A DNA stretch of 32,000 nucleotides, taken from NCBI RefSeq assembly GCF_001458695.1, contig NZ_LN885086.1, positions 2,190,001 to 2,222,000 on the forward strand, given 5' to 3'. Below, piece by piece: positions 24,699 to 31,818 of the stretch. Below the pieces are notes generated by a model. The model was not told the DNA's origin. It saw nothing but the letters and a program-made list of their open reading frames with translations, and made no database searches. This DNA comes from Candidatus Nitrospira inopinata (GTDB lineage: Bacteria > Nitrospirota > Nitrospiria > Nitrospirales > Nitrospiraceae). The translations under genes and the position numbers were made by a program. Each line of letters opens with the position of its first letter. Positions within the stretch are counted from its first letter, which is position 1.

Positions 24699-24725
24699 TT
24701 AAGTCCTGTGAAGTTTGACCGATAA
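24699..24725 (+). promoter_or_regulatory. sigma-28 (FliA) type promoter of fliC
   Basis: TTAAGTCC-N11-ACCGATAA versus consensus TAAAGTTT-N11-GCCGATAA: 5/8 and 7/8 matches with exact 11-nt spacing. It lies ~97 nt upstream of the fliC ATG. Confidence 0.55.
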
Positions 24726-24821
24726 CGTGGGCGATCAGCGAATGGCGCTGAGGATAAAACAAGCTTCTGCACGGACGCCGGAAGCGAGCGGAAACGTTTT
24801 AGCGGCAAGGAGGAGAAGGGT

Positions 24822-25649
24822 ATGGCTCTGATCGTCAACAACAATCCCGCGTCAATCGCGGCTCAGCGAAACCTGACGGTGAGTACCAATGCGTTACAGC
24901 GATCCGTCGAACGGCTATCGTCCGGTCTTCGGATCACCCGCGCGGCGGACGACGCCGCCGGTCTTGGATTGTCCGAGTCCTTGCGGGCGCAGATTCGCAG
25001 TATCAACCAGGCGACCCGTAACGCCTCGGACGGGATCAGTTTGACGCAAATCGCCGACGGCGCCGCTTCGGTCGTCGGCTCTCTGTTGGCGAGAATGCGG
25101 GAGTTGGCATCCCAGGCATCCAGCGGCACCGTCGGCTCGACGGAGCGGTCTTACATCGATCAAGAGTTCATTGCCCTGCGGTCTGAAATCGACCGGATCG
25201 CGCAAACCACCGAATTCAACGGTCAGGCCTTGACCAGCGGCTCCACCATCAGCTTCTCGATCGCGATCGGGTTTCGGAGCGGTACGGGCAACACCTTGTC
25301 GTTGGACTTGAACGACATCACGACAACGTCCTTAGGGCTCAGCAGTGTCAATGTGTCGACGTCCGGCAACGCCACGAGCGCCCTGGCAAACATTGACAAT
25401 GCCATCAGCGCGGTTGCGACCGCCCGAGCCGAGTACGGGTCCCTGCAAAACCGGCTGGAGGCCACGATTACAAACCTCCAAGTGACGAGCGAAAACCTGA
25501 CGGCTGCCGAATCCCGTATCCGCGATGCGGACATCGCCTACGAGACGTCGGTGTTTACCAAGAACCAGATTCTGGTTCAGACCGGCATCTCGGTTCTGGC
25601 GCAGGCAAACACGCTGCCGCAACAGGCTTTGGCCTTGTTGCAGCGGTAG
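24822..25649 (+). CDS. fliC: flagellin (short, 275 aa)
   Basis: Strong SD AAGGAGGAG. The N-terminal D0/D1 region 'MALIVNNNPASIAAQRNL...RLSSGLRITRAADDAAGL...' and the C-terminal 'GSLQNRLEATITNL...ILVQTGISVLAQANTLPQQALALLQR' are canonical flagellin blocks. Confidence 0.95.
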   Translation: MALIVNNNPASIAAQRNLTVSTNALQRSVERLSSGLRITRAADDAAGLGLSESLRAQIRSINQATRNASDGISLTQIADGAASVVGSLLARMRELASQASSGTVGSTERSYIDQEFIALRSEIDRIAQTTEFNGQALTSGSTISFSIAIGFRSGTGNTLSLDLNDITTTSLGLSSVNVSTSGNATSALANIDNAISAVATARAEYGSLQNRLEATITNLQVTSENLTAAESRIRDADIAYETSVFTKNQILVQTGISVLAQANTLPQQALALLQR

Positions 25650-25659
25650 GTGACAGAAG

Positions 25660-25698
25660 GGGCGGCCGCTCGTCGCGATAAACGCCGAGCGGCCGCCC
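25660..25698 (+). terminator. strong GC hairpin downstream of fliC (terminator/attenuator candidate)
   Basis: Perfect 13-bp inverted repeat GGGCGGCCGCTCG (25660-25672) / CGAGCGGCCGCCC (25686-25698) around a 13-nt loop, 11 nt after the fliC stop. There is no clear U-tract afterwards, so classical intrinsic termination is uncertain. Confidence 0.6.
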
Positions 25699-25726
25699 GT
25701 CGGCTGGATTTGGCAATGAGGTTGCC

Positions 25727-26122
25727 ATGATTACACAAGCTGTCGGCAAGGCGGATCTTTTGGCTCTGCTCCACAGAGAACCGCGTTCGGATCGCGCTTT
25801 GATGAAAGAGGCGGATTCGAGTCGAAAAACGACGCTTCCATCCCGTACCGAGACCGAGAATTTCTTTCATCGCATCGACGGCTGGCGTGGAGAGCTGAGC
25901 GTAGCGGTGCGGACCGTTGAGGACATGCTGAAATCGGCGGGTCTTCAGGTCAAGCTTCTTGTGGATGAGAAAACCGATCAGGTTGTGGTGAAGGTGATCA
26001 AAGAATCGGGCGAGGTGATTCGTCAATTCCCTCCCGAAGAGATTTTAGAGTTGGCGAGATATTTGTCCGAAGAGCGGATGGATCAGCCGGACAAAGGCGT
26101 CTTGCTGGAGGAGCGGGCCTGA
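25727..26122 (+). CDS. flaG: flagellar protein FlaG
   Basis: GAGG lies 5 nt upstream of the ATG. The C-terminal 'LLVDEKTDQVVVKVIKESGEVIRQFPPEEILELARYL' is the FlaG family signature. 131 aa. Positioned between fliC and fliD. Confidence 0.8.
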   Translation: MITQAVGKADLLALLHREPRSDRALMKEADSSRKTTLPSRTETENFFHRIDGWRGELSVAVRTVEDMLKSAGLQVKLLVDEKTDQVVVKVIKESGEVIRQFPPEEILELARYLSEERMDQPDKGVLLEERA

Positions 26123-26169
26123 GAAACCGGGCGTGCTATTCTTCTCGCGGCTTGTGAGGAAGGAGACGT

Positions 26170-27561
26170 ATGGCGACAATCAGTTTCGGCGGGCTCGGCA
26201 ACGGGGTCGATTTCGGCCCGGTCATCGACCAGTTGCTGAAGGTCGCCCGTTTGCCGATCGACCGGTTGGAAGAGAAGAAAGCCGCACTCAATTCAAAGAA
26301 CACCGACTACGCGACGTTGAGCACCAAGCTGGCCTCATTGCAAAGTGCGGCCGAGAAATTGAGACGAGCCGTCTCCTTCGACCAGTCATCCGCCGGCGTG
26401 TCCAATGAGACGGTTCTGACCGCCGCCGCGTCCTCTTCGGCGACGCAGGGCACCTATCAAATTCAGGTCACTAGGCTCGCGCAGTCTCATCAGGTCGTCA
26501 GCAAGGCGGCCAAGGCCGTCGCGACTATGACGACCGATATCGTGTCCGGCAGTTCCGCGACCTTTACATTCCGTGTAGGGTCAGGATCAAACCAAACCGT
26601 CACCCTCGGCGCCACGGCCACACTCGAAGACCTGAGGGATCAGATCAATGATCTGGGGGCCGGTGTTATCGCTTCCATCATCAATACAGGTTCGGATACG
26701 ACCCCGGCTTATCGGTTGATCCTCACATCCACCAGTACCGGCGCCGACAACGCGATCACGATCGTGACCGATCAGACCGATCTTGATTTGACCAATGGCA
26801 GCGGAACGGGAGGCACCGATACGTTGCAAGCGGCGCAAGACGCGGAAGTGGTTGTGGGATCGTTGTCGACCGTCACGCTCACGAGAAGCGGCAATGTGAT
26901 CACCGACGCAATTCCTGGCGTCACGCTCACGCTGAAAGAAACGGGAACCGCGCAAGTGAGCGTGGTTCGGGACGTCGGCGCCGTGAAAAACAACGTCAAA
27001 GCGCTGGCGACCGCCTATAACGACGTCGTCAAGTTTATCAATGAGCGAACCACATACGACGTGGTGACGAAAAAAGGGGGCAACTTCTTCAATGAACCGG
27101 CGGTACGGACCGTCCTGTCCCAGGTGCGAGGGGCCCTGTCCGCGACGGTACCGGGCGCGACCACCTACACCACGGTGGGCGAGATCGGCTTTAAGACGGA
27201 GCGCGACGGCACCATCACAGTTGACGAAGCCAAGCTTGGCTCGGCGCTCGCCGAGAACTACGCGGCGGTCAAGGCCCTGTTTATCAATCAAAGCGGGGTG
27301 ACGGGTGTCGCCCAGCTCATGGTTGACGCGGTGGACCGTCTCGACGACATCGAATTCGGATCGGTCACGCTCCGCAAACAGGGGCTGACGAATTCCATCA
27401 GCGACCTCGCCGAGGAGATCGCCAAAAGGGAAGATGCGCTGGCGCTGTACGAGGAACGGCTCAAACGGCAGTATGCGGCGTTGGACAGCCTCTTGCGGCA
27501 ATTGAGCAGCCAAGCGTCCTTTTTGACGGCGCGGGATAACGCGGCCAAGCAAATCCTCTAA
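26170..27561 (+). CDS. fliD: flagellar filament cap protein FliD (HAP2)
   Basis: SD GGAAGGAG. The N-terminus 'ISFGGLGNGVDFGPVIDQLLKVARLPIDRLEEKK' and the C-terminal 'YEERLKRQYAALDSLLRQLSSQASFL' are typical FliD termini. Confidence 0.9.
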   Translation: MATISFGGLGNGVDFGPVIDQLLKVARLPIDRLEEKKAALNSKNTDYATLSTKLASLQSAAEKLRRAVSFDQSSAGVSNETVLTAAASSSATQGTYQIQVTRLAQSHQVVSKAAKAVATMTTDIVSGSSATFTFRVGSGSNQTVTLGATATLEDLRDQINDLGAGVIASIINTGSDTTPAYRLILTSTSTGADNAITIVTDQTDLDLTNGSGTGGTDTLQAAQDAEVVVGSLSTVTLTRSGNVITDAIPGVTLTLKETGTAQVSVVRDVGAVKNNVKALATAYNDVVKFINERTTYDVVTKKGGNFFNEPAVRTVLSQVRGALSATVPGATTYTTVGEIGFKTERDGTITVDEAKLGSALAENYAAVKALFINQSGVTGVAQLMVDAVDRLDDIEFGSVTLRKQGLTNSISDLAEEIAKREDALALYEERLKRQYAALDSLLRQLSSQASFLTARDNAAKQIL

Positions 27562-27576
27562 CGTGGAGATCGAGTC

Positions 27577-27972
27577 ATGATCGCGCAATGTGCGAATCGG
27601 TACCGCCAGACGCAGGTGATGACGTCGTCGCGCGTGCAGATCGTGGTCTTGCTGTACGACGCGGCCATTCAATCGATCGAATTGGCCCGCCAAGCGATCG
27701 AAACAGGCAATATAGCCGACAAGGGACGGTTTCTGGGGCGCGCCATCTCGATCGTCGGTGAGCTCGATTGCGCGCTCGATTACGAGCGGGGCGGGGAGAT
27801 CGCGAGTCTGCTGCATCGGCTCTACGAGTACGTGTTGTCCGAACTGATCGAAGCGAATGTCCGGAACGAGGGGCGCAGGCTGGAAGGGGCGCTTCGTTGT
27901 CTGAACGTTCTCCGCGAGGGATGGAGAGGGGCGGCGGTCCAGGAGCATGCCCCGCTCGCACTGACGAGGTAA
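27577..27972 (+). CDS. fliS: flagellin-specific export chaperone FliS
   Basis: SD GGAGA. 'YRQTQVMTSSRVQIVVLLYDAAIQSIELAR...GELDCALDYERGGEIASLLHRLYEYVLSELIEAN' matches the FliS family throughout. 131 aa. Confidence 0.92.
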   Translation: MIAQCANRYRQTQVMTSSRVQIVVLLYDAAIQSIELARQAIETGNIADKGRFLGRAISIVGELDCALDYERGGEIASLLHRLYEYVLSELIEANVRNEGRRLEGALRCLNVLREGWRGAAVQEHAPLALTR

Positions 27973-27977
27973 TCGTC

Positions 27978-28289
27978 ATGCAAGAGTGGACGACGCTCGA
28001 ACGCCTGACGGAGGCTGCCTATACGGCCGCTCTGAAAGGAGAGTGGAATGTAGTGGAAGCCTGTTATCGTGAGCGGGAAGCGGTGTTGCAAGAAGCCGAA
28101 ATATCCGACGCTGTGCGTGAGAGGCTTCTGGCGCTCGACCAAGAGGTGGCGGAGCGGGCCGGAACAGCCAAGGCCGGCGTCGCGGGCTTGCTGCAGGATG
28201 TGGGTTCGCGGCGCAAGCGCTTGGAGCATCTGAGACAACGGATGGGCGGATCGCCAGAACCTTCGCCTCTCATCGACAGACAAGGGTGA
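27978..28289 (+). CDS. FliT-like flagellar chaperone (putative)
   Basis: ATG 27978 lies behind GAGG, 5 nt after the fliS stop; the track start 27768 overlaps fliS. 103 aa and helical. 'ALKGEWNVVEACYREREAVLQ' resembles the 'AQRGEWDLLLQQEVSYLQ' block of enterobacterial FliT. The position after fliS matches fliDST order. Similarity is weak and based on recollection only. Confidence 0.45.
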   Translation: MQEWTTLERLTEAAYTAALKGEWNVVEACYREREAVLQEAEISDAVRERLLALDQEVAERAGTAKAGVAGLLQDVGSRRKRLEHLRQRMGGSPEPSPLIDRQG

Positions 28290-29077
28290 TTATGCGGTTG
28301 CGAACAGAAAGAGCGGCCCCTCTCTCCCTCGTTCGGTCCGGGAACGGCGCCCCACGGGAAATAGTCGCACGGGAAATGGTCGAAGGAGCGGGACAAGCCG
28401 TCATAGGTCGGGCTGGCGACGAATCGGCTGCGATCGGGGAGATCGGGTTTCGAGAGCGGCGAAGCGCAAAAATCATTGCCGGCGGAACAGCGCTCGCCTT
28501 GGTTGAGGCCGGTCTTGCTCCATCAAACTGTGCCATGGAAACGAAGGATCCGCTTACCGGTCTGCTGGATCGACGGACCTTCGAGACGCTCCTCCATCGG
28601 AGGCTCAAAATGTGGCTGCGACATGGGGTTCCATCCTGTTTGCTGGTGCTGGATCTCGACTACTTCAAGATTGTGAATGAACAGCTTGGCTGGAATGCTG
28701 GAGATGAGTTGCTCCGCCAGGTGGCTGATCTTATCAAAAAGAACGTTCGCGAAGCCGATTCCGTTTCGAGGTACGGAGGCGGGTCGTTCGCCGTCTTGTT
28801 GCCGGAGGCCGATCTTCCGCATGGTGTGGGAACGGCGGAACGTTTGCGGGACGAGATGGAACGGCACGCCTTTGTGTTGGGGCAAGGACAGGCGCGCATG
28901 ACAGCCAGCATCGGCGTGACGTCGCTGGGGCGCGCCGCGATCGAGTCGATCGGGCGGTGGATGGCGGCGGCCGACGCCGCGCTGGATCAGGCGAAGTCCC
29001 GCGGACGCAATCGCGTCGTCATCTCCGAATCGTCTCCTTTCGTGCCGGCGCAAGCCGCCCTTTGTCTGGCGGCTTGA
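28286..29077 (+). CDS. degenerate GGDEF-domain protein (GGGSF A-site, intact RxxD I-site); probable c-di-GMP-binding effector rather than cyclase
   Basis: GTG 28286 overlaps the FliT-like stop (GTGA); ATG 28292 is the alternative start. GGDEF-fold blocks are 'DPLTGLLDRRTF', 'LVLDLDYFKIVNEQLGWNAGDELL' and 'MTASIGV'. The A-site reads 'RYGGGSFAVLL' (GGGSF codons 28775-28789). 'READ' (28748-28759) sits at the canonical I-site offset. Confidence 0.85.
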   Translation: MIMRLRTERAAPLSLVRSGNGAPREIVAREMVEGAGQAVIGRAGDESAAIGEIGFRERRSAKIIAGGTALALVEAGLAPSNCAMETKDPLTGLLDRRTFETLLHRRLKMWLRHGVPSCLLVLDLDYFKIVNEQLGWNAGDELLRQVADLIKKNVREADSVSRYGGGSFAVLLPEADLPHGVGTAERLRDEMERHAFVLGQGQARMTASIGVTSLGRAAIESIGRWMAAADAALDQAKSRGRNRVVISESSPFVPAQAALCLAA

Positions 29078-29085
29078 GGAAAAAG

Positions 29086-29709
29086 ATGATGGAAAGGGCG
29101 GGAGCAACCGCGGTCGATCGACAGGTCGTGCGAATGCCGGCGTCGGAAGACCGGCGTGAGTGGATTCGTATCGAAGACAAGCTGTTACTCGAATACCGAT
29201 TGGAGGGCGGGCACGATAAAACGCCTGCCTCCGGCCGCGAAACGGTGACCGACGAAATGATCGCGGCCGCGGTCGAGAAACCGACGACTGAACTTCTGGC
29301 CAGGTCCGGTGACGTGTTGGCGCAGGCGGCGTTGGTCCCGTGGATCATGAAAGTGGACTGGCTGCTGGAAGTCATACTGAAAACGCTGGCGAAATCGTCT
29401 CCCGGTTGCATGGAGTTGGCGACAGTGACGGATGTCAACATCAGCGGGGGGGGAATCGGATTTGTCGCGTCGCAACGGTTTAACGCAGGCGATCGATTGG
29501 CGCTGAGGGTCATTTTGCCGCCGTTCACGCCGATTCAAGTGGCGGCCAAGGTGATCCGGTCGTCGCCGGATCCGCAAGGGCGGGGATTCGTCCTTGCCGC
29601 CGAGTTCATCGATCTTGGCGCGGATGAGCAGGACTACCTGATCCGTTACGTTCTTCAGACGCAGGCGGAGCGGCTTCGGACGAGGAGAAAAGACGAACAA
29701 GCGTCGTGA
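29086..29709 (+). CDS. PilZ-domain protein with long insertion between the two c-di-GMP-binding motifs
   Basis: ATG 29086 lies 5 nt after GAGGA; the track start 28957 overlaps the GGDEF gene. RxxxR 'RREWIR' is at 29152-29169. [D/N]xSxxG 'NISGGG' is at 29437-29454, 89 residues after the RxxxR motif versus ~20-30 in canonical PilZ. The C-terminal beta-barrel-like part is 'GDRLALRVILPP..VAAKVIRS..GFVLAAEFIDL'. Confidence 0.7.
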   Translation: MMERAGATAVDRQVVRMPASEDRREWIRIEDKLLLEYRLEGGHDKTPASGRETVTDEMIAAAVEKPTTELLARSGDVLAQAALVPWIMKVDWLLEVILKTLAKSSPGCMELATVTDVNISGGGIGFVASQRFNAGDRLALRVILPPFTPIQVAAKVIRSSPDPQGRGFVLAAEFIDLGADEQDYLIRYVLQTQAERLRTRRKDEQAS

Positions 29710-29828
29710 GAGCGATGTCGTTTTTCCTATTCTCTGGCCGTGAGGACGCCGGCGACGCAAGGCCCGCGCTTGCGAGAACACGGGACGCCGAATCCAAAGA
29801 CCTTTGACTGAACGGGAGTGGTGAAGCG

Positions 29829-30857
29829 ATGAGCACGGCCGAACTCGTCACCGAAGTGGATATCAAGGATATCATCGGCAGCATCGAGCGTCAGATAGAG
29901 GACCACCGCCTCGTGAACGCCAGGATCACGAGCGAGATCACCATCCTGTCCTTGAACGCTTCGATCGAGGCGGCGCGGGCCGGCGACGCCGGCCGGGGTT
30001 TCGCCGTGGTCGCCACCGAAGTCAAGAACCTGGCGGCACAGGCCGCGGAAGCGTCGAAAGAGCTCGGGAAAATCCGGGCGGAGACGAGCGAGTTGGACCG
30101 GCGATTCACGGAAAAGGAATGCGACCGTCTTTCGGAAAAGGCGCAAACTCTTGTGCAGTTGATCGTAAGGAATTTGTATGAACGGACCGCGGACGTTCGC
30201 TGGTGGGCGACGGATGAGGCGCTGGTGCAGGCGTTGGAAACGGGAACCCAAACCGCCCTCGCCCGAGCGGGACAGCGGATGGCCCTGATCAACCGATTTT
30301 ACAGCGTGTATCTCAACCTCGTGCTCGTCGGCGCCGACGGCAAGATCGTGGCCTGTTCCCAGCCGGATAAATATCCCAAACTGATCGGAGGCAACGCGTC
30401 CGGGCTGTCCTGGTTCCGGAAGGCGATGGCGACGACGAGCGGCGACCAGTACGCCGTGGACGATATTTGTAACGACCCGCTGCATCAGAACAAAATGGTC
30501 GCCGTGTACGCAGCGGCCGTCCGCAAGGAGGGACGAGTGGACGGGAAAGTCATCGGAGCGCTCGGGGTCGTCTTCGACTGGGAGAGTCAGTCGAAGACCA
30601 TCGTTCGAAAAGAGGCGTCCTTTTCCGAATCTTCGTGGAAGCGGACACGGGTGATGCTGCTTGACAAAGACATGCGCGTGATCGCCGCCTCGGATGATCA
30701 GGGACTGCTCCAACCGTTCGCGCTCGACCATCAGGGGAAAGAGCGAGGGTACTACGTCAATGACGATCATGAAGTGACGGCGTACGCCAAAACGATCGGA
30801 TACCAAGAATACGACGGGCTCGGCTGGTACGGGGTCATCGTCAGGAAGCTGCAGTAA
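29829..30857 (+). CDS. soluble MCP-like protein: short methyl-accepting signalling hairpin tip fused to a C-terminal Cache/PAS-like sensor domain
   Basis: '[40 protein letters not shown]' is the highly conserved MCP hairpin-tip motif, located at aa ~38-77. Only ~115 aa of coiled coil are present in total. The remaining ~225 aa ('[14 protein letters not shown] ... [14 protein letters not shown] ... [12 protein letters not shown] ... GWYGVIV') look like a Cache/PAS-type fold. I saw no hydrophobic TM segment. Confidence 0.7.
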   Translation: MSTAELVTEVDIKDIIGSIERQIEDHRLVNARITSEITILSLNASIEAARAGDAGRGFAVVATEVKNLAAQAAEASKELGKIRAETSELDRRFTEKECDRLSEKAQTLVQLIVRNLYERTADVRWWATDEALVQALETGTQTALARAGQRMALINRFYSVYLNLVLVGADGKIVACSQPDKYPKLIGGNASGLSWFRKAMATTSGDQYAVDDICNDPLHQNKMVAVYAAAVRKEGRVDGKVIGALGVVFDWESQSKTIVRKEASFSESSWKRTRVMLLDKDMRVIAASDDQGLLQPFALDHQGKERGYYVNDDHEVTAYAKTIGYQEYDGLGWYGVIVRKLQ

Positions 30858-30904
30858 ATGAACAGGAACAAACGGGTCTCAAGAAACGGTCGGCGGGCGT
30901 ACGC

Positions 30905-30932
30905 TCAAGTTTTTTCTCGGCTTGGCCGATAT
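30905..30932 (+). promoter_or_regulatory. sigma-28 (FliA) type promoter
   Basis: TCAAGTTT-N12-GCCGATAT versus TAAAGTTT-N11-GCCGATAA: 7/8 and 7/8 matches, with a spacer one nt longer. It lies in the gap after the MCP-like gene. It overlaps the track's TTG 30922 start, which argues for a downstream start of the HTH gene. Confidence 0.6.
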
Positions 30933-30960
30933 CGCTCACACCATGAATGAAGCGGGATCA

Positions 30961-31173
30961 ATGAACGGGGAACGGCAGGCGGTCGGCGTGTCCGAGGCGA
31001 ACGGCGAGATCTTGACCGTGATGGATGTGGCTCGTTTTCTTCGGGTGCCAAAATCGACGGTGTACAAGCTCGCCCGAGTCGGCGAATTGCCGGCTTCAAA
31101 AATCGGAAAGCACTGGCGCTTTCTCCGGCGCGACATCCATGAATGGCTCCGTGCCCGGTCTCAGCAAAACTAG
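30961..31173 (+). CDS. small excisionase-family (HTH_17/MerR-like) DNA-binding protein
   Basis: 'LTVMDVARFLRVPKSTVYKLARVGELPASKIGKHWRFLRRDIHEWL' matches the excisionase-type HTH family. The start is ambiguous: ATG 30961, ATG 30943, or the track's TTG 30922, which lies inside the predicted promoter. Confidence 0.7.
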   Translation: MNGERQAVGVSEANGEILTVMDVARFLRVPKSTVYKLARVGELPASKIGKHWRFLRRDIHEWLRARSQQN

Positions 31174-31223
31174 CGGCCATCGTTTTGTCGCGTCTTTCCC
31201 TCCTCGCGGTCGCGCGTCACCCT

Positions 31224-31251
31224 CATGTTCGATCATGAAGCCGCCGATAAA
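31224..31251 (+). promoter_or_regulatory. second sigma-28-like promoter upstream of cheY
   Basis: TCATGTTC-N12-GCCGATAA: the -10 element is a perfect 8/8 match, the -35 element is 5/8. It lies in the 208-nt gap between the HTH gene and cheY, ~130 nt before the cheY ATG. Confidence 0.45.
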
Positions 31252-31381
31252 CAAAAGCGCGCAACATCGGATTAAGCAAGGTTCAAGGAAACTGCGGTGT
31301 TCGCAAGCGCGTGCGCGATGAGACAGGTTGTCGGTGCCGCTTGTGCTGCCGCATCTGGGACGGCTTTATGGAGGAGGCGAT

Positions 31382-31762
31382 ATGCCGGCTGATCTGACGA
31401 TGAAAGTGCTCGTCGTCGACGATATGGCGACGATGAGAAGGATCGTGAAGAACGTCCTGAAACAGCTTGGATTCAGTCGCGTGGAAGAAGCGGAAAACGG
31501 CGCGGAAGCCCTGCAAAAACTGCGGGCGGAGACCTATGGTCTTGTCGTGTCCGATTGGAACATGCCCGTCATGACGGGCATCGACATGCTGCGGGCGATC
31601 CGGTCCGATGAAAAGCTGAAATCGATTCCCGTGTTGATGGTGACGGCCGAGGCTCAGCAAGGCAATCTCATCGAAGCGATTCAAGCGGGGGTCAGCAATT
31701 ACATCGTCAAACCGTTTACCGCGGAAACGATGCAGGAGAAGCTGGGAAAAATTTTCAAGTAG
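31382..31762 (+). CDS. cheY: chemotaxis response regulator CheY
   Basis: ATG 31382 lies behind GGAGGAGG; the track start 31328 is an extension. '[15 protein letters not shown]', '[16 protein letters not shown]' (phospho-Asp in DWNMP) and 'YIVKPFT' are classical CheY blocks. 126 aa. Confidence 0.93.
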   Translation: MPADLTMKVLVVDDMATMRRIVKNVLKQLGFSRVEEAENGAEALQKLRAETYGLVVSDWNMPVMTGIDMLRAIRSDEKLKSIPVLMVTAEAQQGNLIEAIQAGVSNYIVKPFTAETMQEKLGKIFK

Positions 31763-31818
31763 CGCGCCGCGCGGGACTTTGCGCATCAGCTTTGCGCGGA
31801 AAGAAAGCCGAGCCTTCC

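Noticed and set aside
30943-31173. Excisionase-family HTH as evidence of a prophage or integrative element.
   Set aside because: No integrase, recombinase, transposase, phage structural gene, tRNA target or flanking direct repeats occur in the window. The gene sits behind a FliA-type promoter among chemotaxis genes.
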